This document shows, piece after piece, positions 26,117-32,000 of a stretch of 32,000 bases of DNA. A program made the translations under genes and the position numbers. Origin of the DNA: Longivirga aurantiaca (GTDB lineage: Bacteria; Actinomycetota; Actinomycetes; S36-B12; CAIYMF01); the NCBI RefSeq assembly GCF_042660085.1, contig NZ_JBHSTI010000008.1, positions 330,001 through 362,000 of the forward strand, in the 5' to 3' direction. The notes beneath the pieces are model-generated. The model saw only the letters and a list, made by a program, of their open reading frames with translations, did not search any database and was not told the DNA's origin. Numbering within the stretch: position 1 is the first letter of the stretch; each line of letters begins with the position of its first letter.

Positions 26117-26578
26117 ATGACCGTCGAGGTGTCCGTCCGCATCGCCGCGCCGCCGGGGCTCGTCTACTCGCTCGTCGCCGACCTGTCGCGCATGCACGAG
26201 TGGAGCCCCGAGACGACTGAAGTGCGGTGGCTCGACGGGGCCACCGGTCCCGTCGTCGGTGCGAGGTTCCGCGGCTCGAACCGCAACGGTCGTCGGGCGT
26301 GGTCGACCACGTGCACGATCCTCGCGCTCGACCCGCCGCGCGAGATCGCCTGGCGCGTCTCCGCGTACGGCCTCAGGGTGTCGCGCTGGTCGTACCGCGT
26401 CGAGCCCGGCGACGACGGCGGCACGGTCCTCACCGAGTCGACCGACGACGAGCGCACGTCGCTCCTGCGTCTCGCGGCCCCTGCCGCCACCGGGGTGAGC
26501 GACCGTGGCGAGCACAACCGGCGCACGATGACCGAGACCCTCGAGCGCATCAGGGCCGCAGCCGAGGCCGGCCGCTGA
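26117..26578 (+). CDS. SRPBCC (START/polyketide cyclase-dehydrase-like) family protein
   Basis: 153 aa. 'VSVRIAAPPGLVYSLVADLSRMHEWSPE' and 'REIAWRV...SRWSYRVEP..GGTVLTES' are typical of the SRPBCC fold. Confidence 0.7.
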   Translation: MTVEVSVRIAAPPGLVYSLVADLSRMHEWSPETTEVRWLDGATGPVVGARFRGSNRNGRRAWSTTCTILALDPPREIAWRVSAYGLRVSRWSYRVEPGDDGGTVLTESTDDERTSLLRLAAPAATGVSDRGEHNRRTMTETLERIRAAAEAGR

Positions 26579-26615
26579 CCGGGACGGCCACCCGTCGCCG
26601 GCTGTGGCCCCCGCG

Positions 26616-27809
26616 CTAGAGCCCGCTGTCGAGCATCGGGTCGACGCCGAATCCGGTGTCGCCGCTGCTGTCGAGGCCGCCGGTACCGCTGCCGAGCAGC
26701 CCGCCGCCGAGCAGCCCGCCGCCCAGGTCGTCGAACAGCGAGTCGGGGAGGTCGACGATCGTGCCGGACGGCATCGTGACGCCCTGCTCGCTCATCTCGA
26801 CGACGAGGGTCATGTCAGGCGCCGAGCCGTCGCCGGTCTGACGCGCGAGCTCGCCCAGCGGGATCTCCATCCTGGTGACCACGCCGTCCTTGACCCACAC
26901 GTCGACCACGAGCTGCGGGTCGCCGGGGATCTCCGACAGCGCGTCGTCGGGTGCCGACTCGCCGACCAGGTCCTCGACGGCGGGGATGACATCGGCCACG
27001 ACGGCCTTGATCGGAACAGTGGCGCGGAGGTGGTCGCCGTTGTCGTCCGAGCCCTGCTCGGTCACGGTGACGTGGTCGCGCACGCTCTGCTGGATCTTGT
27101 CGGCCAGCGCCTGCACCTTGGCGTCGTCCGGCTTCGGCTGGCTGCCACCGAGGCTCTCGGTCTCCTTCATGAGCTTGCCGAAGGCGGAGTCGGGGCCGGT
27201 CGCGATGCGAAGCGGCGATCCTTCGGCGAACTTCACGAAGGCCTCGCCGTCGGGGCCCATCGTCGTTCCGAGCTCGGTCATGCTGTCGAGGAGGCTCTCG
27301 ACCTCCGGCATCCCGAGCGCCGTGAGGTTCTGCGCGACGACCAACGACTCGGGCGCGACGACGAGATCGACCGCGGCCTCGCCGTTCATGAGCAGCACGT
27401 ACTGCTGCGTGTCGCTGCCCTTGTCCCAGGCCACGCGCACGGCGCCGTTGTCGAGCATCTCCTGGGCCGCTGCGTCGCCGATGTCGGCGACCCGCACCGA
27501 CACCGTCATGCTGCCGCTCGGGCGGTCGGTGGTGGCCGACAGCGCACGCTGGAGCTTCACGTCAGGACGGTTGAGCAGCACCGCCGCGGCGACGCCGCCC
27601 ACGATGAGCAGCAGGACGACGCCCAGCGCCGTGCCCACGAGCCACGGACGCCTGCTGCGCGGGGCGCGAGGCTCGGCCGCGGGCAGGACGTCCGGCGAGC
27701 CACCGCCGTGGAGGGTCTCGAGCGGCGACATCGAGGTGGGGGACTCCCAGCTGATCGGCGGCGCGCCGTCGATGCTCTCGCTGCCCGTGCTGCCGTCGCT
27801 GTCGGCCAT
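26616..27809 (-). CDS. Hypothetical membrane-anchored protein (single N-terminal TM, extracytoplasmic domain, Gly-rich C-terminal tail)
   Basis: The start is taken at ATG 27809 ('MADSDGS'). TM helix 'WLVGTALGVVLLLIVGGVAAAVLL'. Tail 'GGGLLGGGLLGSGTGGLDSSGD'. No family recognised. Confidence 0.6.
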   Translation of the reverse strand: MADSDGSTGSESIDGAPPISWESPTSMSPLETLHGGGSPDVLPAAEPRAPRSRRPWLVGTALGVVLLLIVGGVAAAVLLNRPDVKLQRALSATTDRPSGSMTVSVRVADIGDAAAQEMLDNGAVRVAWDKGSDTQQYVLLMNGEAAVDLVVAPESLVVAQNLTALGMPEVESLLDSMTELGTTMGPDGEAFVKFAEGSPLRIATGPDSAFGKLMKETESLGGSQPKPDDAKVQALADKIQQSVRDHVTVTEQGSDDNGDHLRATVPIKAVVADVIPAVEDLVGESAPDDALSEIPGDPQLVVDVWVKDGVVTRMEIPLGELARQTGDGSAPDMTLVVEMSEQGVTMPSGTIVDLPDSLFDDLGGGLLGGGLLGSGTGGLDSSGDTGFGVDPMLDSGL

Positions 27810-27912
27810 CGCCGTCCCCTGATCGTCGGAGGCGAGGCCGCCTCGAAATCGCACTCCGTCCAGGGTATCGGCGCCTTCCGGACCCACCGGCTCACCCGGA
27901 CGGGGGATGCCC

Positions 27913-27948
27913 GGTGACGGACGGGTGTCGGCGAGGCGTCGCGTCACC
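27913..27948 (-). terminator. Stem-loop downstream of the P450 gene
   Basis: GGTGACGGACG...CGTC-g-CGTCACC: 11 bp with a 1-nt bulge and a 13-nt loop, 16 nt past the P450 stop on the minus strand. Confidence 0.35.
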
Positions 27949-27963
27949 GCCGCACAGGGGGCG

Positions 27964-29469
27964 TCAGGGGGTGGGGCGGCGGTGCAGGGTCATCGGGAGG
28001 CCGTGCATGGGGCGCAGCGTGACGGCGGCCTGCGTGTCGACCGGCGACCCGGGGACGAGCCTCGCCTCCCAGCGCGCGGCGAGCGTCGCCAGCAGCAGGA
28101 TCGCCTCGGTCCAGGCGAACTGCTCGCCGATGCAGCGCCGGTTGCCGAACCCGAACGGGATGTAGGCGCCGCGCCGCTGACCGGGCGCGCTCTCGTCGTA
28201 CGCACCTGCGGCGTCGAGCCAGCGGTCGGGGTTGAACGACGTGGCTCGCGGCCAGAGGTCGGGGTCGCGGTGCATGATCCACGGCGAACCGAGCACGATC
28301 GACCCCGACGGCACGTCCCAGTCGCCGAGGCGCATGTCGGTGAGCGTGCGCCGGCCCATGATCCAGGCGGGCGGATAGAGCCGGATCGTCTCGGCGACGA
28401 CCGCGTGCGTGAACGGCAGGGCCGCGATGTCGCCGATCGTCGCGGGGCGCAGCCCGTCGTCGTACGACGGGTCGCGCAGGACCGCAGTCGCCTCAGCGGC
28501 CACACGTCCGGCGACCGTCGGGTGCGCCGACAGCAGCCACCACGCCCACGAGAGGGCCATCGCTGTCGTCTCGTGCCCGGCGAGCACCATCGTCATGACC
28601 TCGTCGCGCAGCTGGTCGTCGGTCATCGACTCGCCGAAGCGGTCCGCGCCCTCGGCGTCGCGGGCCTGGATCATCCAGGTGAGCAGGTCGTCGCCCGCCT
28701 CGCCCGCGTCGATCTTCGCGCGGTGCTCGTCGATGATCCGCTGGACGACGGCGTCGAGATCCTCCACGCGCGACAGGAGATGGCGGCCCTTGGGCAGCGC
28801 CCGCACGAGGCGCTCGTTGCCGATCGCCGTCAGCTGGCCGAAGCCGCTCATCAGCTCTTCGAGGGTGTCGCCGAACGCCTGGGCGTCACCTGTGAGATCG
28901 GTGCCGAACAGCGTGCGGCCGACGATCGCGAAGGTCAGCGACGTCATCTCGTCGACCATCTCGACCTGCGCCCCGTCGCGCCACGACGCCTGGTGCCGCA
29001 GCGCCTCGCGCACCATGTCGTCGGCGTACGCCGCGATGCGCTGCTTGTGGAACGCCGGCTGCGCGAGCCGGCGCTGGCGCAGGTGGAACTCGCCCTCGCT
29101 CGTGAGCAGGCCGTTGCCGAGCAGAGGTCGTGCTGCCTGCAGGCCGCGGCCCTTCATGACCTCGCGCGCGCGGGTCAGGAACACCTCGATGATGAGGTCC
29201 GGGTCGCTGAGCAGGTACACGTGCTCGCCGGCCATCTTGTAGTGCGCCACCGGCCCGTGGCCGCGGGCGATGGTCTCGAACAGGCGGTTCGGCGGCTCGC
29301 GCCGGCTCAGCAGGGTGAGGACGACGCCGGCGCCCCAGGGGCCGTCGGGGCGCTCGACCTTGTCGAGCCGGCTCTCCGCCGGGGTGGGCGCGTCCTCGCG
29401 CGGGCGGCGTCGGGCGGCGGCGCGGGCGGCGGCCTCGCGGGTGCGGCGTCGGTCGGACATCGTGGTCAC
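27964..29469 (-). CDS. Cytochrome P450
   Basis: Heme-binding loop 'FGFGNRRCIGEQFA', ExxR 'AETIRL' and I-helix 'AGHETTA'. The N-terminal extension is Arg-rich. Start is GTG 29469 or ATG 29460. Confidence 0.92.
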   Translation of the reverse strand: MTTMSDRRRTREAAARAAARRRPREDAPTPAESRLDKVERPDGPWGAGVVLTLLSRREPPNRLFETIARGHGPVAHYKMAGEHVYLLSDPDLIIEVFLTRAREVMKGRGLQAARPLLGNGLLTSEGEFHLRQRRLAQPAFHKQRIAAYADDMVREALRHQASWRDGAQVEMVDEMTSLTFAIVGRTLFGTDLTGDAQAFGDTLEELMSGFGQLTAIGNERLVRALPKGRHLLSRVEDLDAVVQRIIDEHRAKIDAGEAGDDLLTWMIQARDAEGADRFGESMTDDQLRDEVMTMVLAGHETTAMALSWAWWLLSAHPTVAGRVAAEATAVLRDPSYDDGLRPATIGDIAALPFTHAVVAETIRLYPPAWIMGRRTLTDMRLGDWDVPSGSIVLGSPWIMHRDPDLWPRATSFNPDRWLDAAGAYDESAPGQRRGAYIPFGFGNRRCIGEQFAWTEAILLLATLAARWEARLVPGSPVDTQAAVTLRPMHGLPMTLHRRPTP

Positions 29470-29739
29470 GGGATCAGGTCTACCCCTCCGCGGCGTACGG
29501 CGACACCCGGAGGAGCCGGTCCTGACACGACTCTGACCTCCCCCGGACGCGGCTCCGCCTGGAGCCGGCTGCGTCGGGATGATGGAACCTTTTGTACGGC
29601 TCTAGTGGATGAAGTCCCCTACCGGGCGAGGCCTTCGGCCATCGTCGCCCGGCGGGGGCCCAGCCTTCATCGGGAACGGGTCGGGGCGGACGCGGCGGAT
29701 CTGCCCCGGCGAGCGGCGCAGACAGGCAGACTGCAGGCC

Positions 29740-30951
29740 GTGATCGAGACGGTGACGGTGCAGGACGTCGAAGCAGCGCGGATCGCCCTCAAGGGGGTCG
29801 CGCGGGAGACACCGCTGCGCCCGGCGCGGTGGCTGGCCGACAAGGTCGGCGGCCCGGTGGACCTCAAGTGCGAGAACCTCCAGCGGGCGGGCAGCTTCAA
29901 GATCCGCGGTGCGTACACGCGCATGGTGCGGCTCTCGGAGGAGGAGCGTGCGCGCGGCGTCGTGGCCGCGAGCGCCGGCAACCATGCGCAGGGGGTGGCG
30001 CTCGCGGCGTCGATGCTCGGCATCTCCGCGACGGTGTTCATGCCGGTGGGCGCGCCGCTGCCGAAGGTGGCTGCGACCCGCGGGTACGGCGCGGAGATCC
30101 GCTTCATCGGTACGGCGATCGACGAGTGCCTCGTCGCCGCGCAGGAGTTCGCCGACGAGACGGGCGCGATCCTCATCCACCCGTTCGACCACAAGGACAT
30201 CGTCGCGGGGCAGGGCACGGTCGGTCTCGAGATCCTCGAGCAGCGCCCGGACGTGAAGACCATCGTCGTGTGCACCGGCGGCGGAGGCCTGCTCGCCGGG
30301 ATCGCCGTGGCGGTCAAGGCAGTTCGGCCCGACGTCCGCATCGTCGGCGTCCAGGCGGCGGGCGCCGCGGCGTACCCCGGCTCGCTCGCCGTGCACCACC
30401 CGGTGTCGCTCGCGTCGATGTCGACGATGGCCGACGGAATCGCCGTGGGGCGGCCGGGCGACGTGCCGTTCGCGCTCATCGACGACCTCGTCGACCAGGT
30501 GGTGGTCGTCGACGACGAGACGATCGCCCGTGCCCTGGTCCTCACCCTCGAGCGAGGCAAGCTGGTGGTCGAGCCGGCCGGTGCCGCAGGGCTGGCCGCC
30601 GTGCTCGACGACCCGGCGGCGTTCGAGCCGCCCGTGGTCGTCGTGGTGTCGGGCGGCAACGTCGACCCGCTGCTGCTGCTGCGGGTGATCCGGCACGGCC
30701 TCGCTGCGGCCGGGCGGTACAGCACCCTCACGGTGCGCATGCCCGACCGGCCGGGCTCGCTCGCCTCGCTCCTCGCAGCCCTCGCGGCGGCGGACGCCAA
30801 CGTGGTCGAGGTCGAGCACGCGCGGGCCGACCCCAAGCTGCATCTCGACGAGGTGCAGATCGAGGTGCAGGTGGAGACGCGGGGGCCCGAGCACCGGGAC
30901 GAGGTCCTGGCCCGGCTCGCCCGGGAGGGGTTCCACGTCACCACCGGATAG
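29740..30951 (+). CDS. ilvA: Threonine ammonia-lyase (short form with one C-terminal ACT-like regulatory domain)
   Basis: In the frame of ORF 27907..30951. PLP-lysine motif 'GSFKIRGA', 'SAGNHAQG' and 'GGGGLLAG', with a C-terminal 'LTVRMPDRPGSLASLL' ACT-like segment. Start is GTG 29740 or 29752. Confidence 0.88.
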   Translation: MIETVTVQDVEAARIALKGVARETPLRPARWLADKVGGPVDLKCENLQRAGSFKIRGAYTRMVRLSEEERARGVVAASAGNHAQGVALAASMLGISATVFMPVGAPLPKVAATRGYGAEIRFIGTAIDECLVAAQEFADETGAILIHPFDHKDIVAGQGTVGLEILEQRPDVKTIVVCTGGGGLLAGIAVAVKAVRPDVRIVGVQAAGAAAYPGSLAVHHPVSLASMSTMADGIAVGRPGDVPFALIDDLVDQVVVVDDETIARALVLTLERGKLVVEPAGAAGLAAVLDDPAAFEPPVVVVVSGGNVDPLLLLRVIRHGLAAAGRYSTLTVRMPDRPGSLASLLAALAAADANVVEVEHARADPKLHLDEVQIEVQVETRGPEHRDEVLARLAREGFHVTTG

Positions 30952-31022
30952 GGCGCACCGGCCGGCTGCGCTGCCGGGCGCCCGCACCCCGTCGGAAGAA
31001 TGCCCGGTGGAGAGATGCGATG

Positions 31023-31050
31023 TACTTTGGCAAGCAGGATTGCCAAAGTA
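31023..31050. promoter_or_regulatory. Perfect 11-6-11 inverted repeat TACTTTGGCAA-gcagga-TTGCCAAAGTA (candidate operator)
   Basis: Located in the AT-rich gap upstream of the 31076 operon. Its right arm supplies the putative -35 hexamer. Confidence 0.6.
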
Positions 31051-31069
31051 GAAAGAATGGCTTTACAGT
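31040..31069 (+). promoter_or_regulatory. Putative sigma-70-type promoter driving a leaderless transcript
   Basis: TTGCCA (31040-31045), an 18-nt spacer, then TACAGT (31064-31069, TANNNT). The ATG at 31076 is 7 nt downstream of the -10 element and has no SD. Confidence 0.5.
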
Positions 31070-31075
31070 CGTCTC

Positions 31076-31852
31076 ATGAACGAGGACCTGAACTCCCTGC
31101 GCGACCTGCTCACCCGCGTGGCCTCCGGCGAGGTAGACCCCGCCGAGGCCGCCCGCCTCCTCGACGAGGACCCCTCGGTCCCCACCGTCGACCGCCGCGA
31201 CGACGTGCGCTCCGAGGCGCCCGTGTCCGCCCTGGCCATCCATGCCGGCGGCGTCAAGCTCACCGTCGTCGCCGACCCGACCGTCGCGACGGCAGTCGCC
31301 GACGGACCGCACGCCATCCGGCGCGAGGGCTCGGTCCTCGTGCTCGACGCCCCGAGCGAGGACGGCTACCGCACCACTCCGCCGCCGCGCTTCCTCGGCT
31401 GGGTGCCGGCCGCCTGGACCGGCGGACGCGGCCAGAAGGTGATGGTGCGGGTCAACCCCGCGCTCCCGCTCACCGTCGAGGCGACGGCGTGCTCGGTCGA
31501 CATCACCGGGCTGCGGGCACCGCTCACCCTGGGCGGCAGCGCGTCGGCCGTGAAGGTGCACGACCATGTCGGCGGCCTGCACGGCAGCCTCGCGATGGGC
31601 TCGGCCGAGATCGCCGCGACGGTGACCGAGCCGAGCGACCTCGCCTGCGAGCTCGGGAGCCTCGAGCTGCTGCTCGCTCCGGGCTCGGACGTCACCCTGA
31701 CCGCCACGTGCGACCTCGGCGAGGTGAAGCTGCCGCACGCCGCGTCGCGGGAGGCTGCGTCCGCGCGGCAGACGAGCGTGATCGGGGCCGGCACCCATCC
31801 GTTCACGGTGGCGGTGCGCCTCGGCTCGGCCACGGTGGCGGTGGCGTCGTGA
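31076..31852 (+). CDS. Hypothetical protein: N-terminal short helical (SHOCT-like) segment plus a DUF4097/'Toastrack'-like beta-strand repeat region
   Basis: 'LRDLLTRVASGEVDPAEAARLLDE' is followed by repetitive short beta-strand patterns ('VKLTVVADP', 'ACSVDITGL', 'SAVKVHDHVGGLHGSL', 'GSAEIAATV', 'GSLELLLAPGSDVTLTATCDLGEVKL'). The family assignment is by eye. Confidence 0.6.
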   Translation: MNEDLNSLRDLLTRVASGEVDPAEAARLLDEDPSVPTVDRRDDVRSEAPVSALAIHAGGVKLTVVADPTVATAVADGPHAIRREGSVLVLDAPSEDGYRTTPPPRFLGWVPAAWTGGRGQKVMVRVNPALPLTVEATACSVDITGLRAPLTLGGSASAVKVHDHVGGLHGSLAMGSAEIAATVTEPSDLACELGSLELLLAPGSDVTLTATCDLGEVKLPHAASREAASARQTSVIGAGTHPFTVAVRLGSATVAVAS

Positions 31853-32000
31853 CCCCCGTCCCGGACGTCACCCGTCGGCCGCCCCGGGCGTGCCCGGTCT
31901 GCTCGTCCGAGCTGATCATCACCGGCTGCGGCTGCCCCGAGTGCGGCACCGGCATCTCCGGCGAGTTCCGGATGAGCGCGTACGACGCCCTGACCGACGA
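31849..32000 (+). CDS. DUF2089-like protein (N-terminal zinc ribbon; the expected HTH part lies beyond the window), 5' partial
   Basis: Not in the ORF track because there is no stop in the window. GTG 31849 overlaps the upstream stop (GTGA). The translation 'VTPVPDVTRRPPRACPVCSSELIITGCGCPECGTGISGEFRMSAYDALTD' matches the DUF2089 pattern 'CPvC..eL.v....C..Cgt.i.GeF'. Confidence 0.6.
   Translation, partial: MTPVPDVTRRPPRACPVCSSELIITGCGCPECGTGISGEFRMSAYDALTD

Noticed and set aside
29579-29605. An 8-codon mini-ORF (MMEPFVRL*) upstream of ilvA, considered as an attenuation leader peptide.
   Set aside because: It has no run of Ile, Val, Thr or Leu regulatory codons and no SD, so it is probably fortuitous.
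1-32000. A scan for tRNA/rRNA genes, CRISPR arrays, IS elements, integrases, toxin-antitoxin pairs and restriction-modification genes.
   Set aside because: I found no T-loop-like GGTTCGA(A/G)TCC context outside coding sequence, no spaced direct-repeat arrays, and no transposase, integrase or nuclease motifs in any plausible ORF. This was a by-eye scan, so small elements could have been missed.

Overview
This is a very high-GC segment, most likely from an Actinomycetota chromosome, with about 35 densely packed genes. Calls rest on high third-position GC, recognisable motifs and Shine-Dalgarno sites. Most of it is ordinary core genome: partial Zn-ADH plus MBL hydrolase, rplY, pth, a CysQ-like phosphatase, LysR, DoxX, msrA, one MCP, metB, a GlmL-like ATPase, amidase, ung, CYTH, a methyltransferase, MFS, a ChlI-like AAA+/VWA pair, FIST plus ROK kinase, SRPBCC, P450 and ilvA. 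A DUF4097-like/DUF2089 operon runs off the right edge. I found no tRNA, rRNA, CRISPR array, transposase, integrase or recognisable defence island, and I cannot honestly point to a clear novel system. Four things deserve a second look. (1) A displaced, diverged second copy of the msrA 3' end keeps its own terminator and is separated from intact msrA by a lower-GC islet with a zinc-ribbon mini-ORF. (2) A leaderless-looking promoter and a perfect 11-6-11 palindromic operator sit in front of the DUF4097-like/DUF2089 operon. (3) The conserved but uncharacterised ChlI-like AAA+/VWA operon lies divergent to a translationally coupled FIST-ROK pair. (4) Several unusually large or perfect hairpins and palindromes occur at 6119, 13571 and 29608. 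Four gene pairs are joined by GTGA start/stop overlaps (602, 3082, 24399, 31849). The many long alternate-frame ORFs in the track are high-GC artefacts. All homology statements come from motif recognition by eye; no searches were run.
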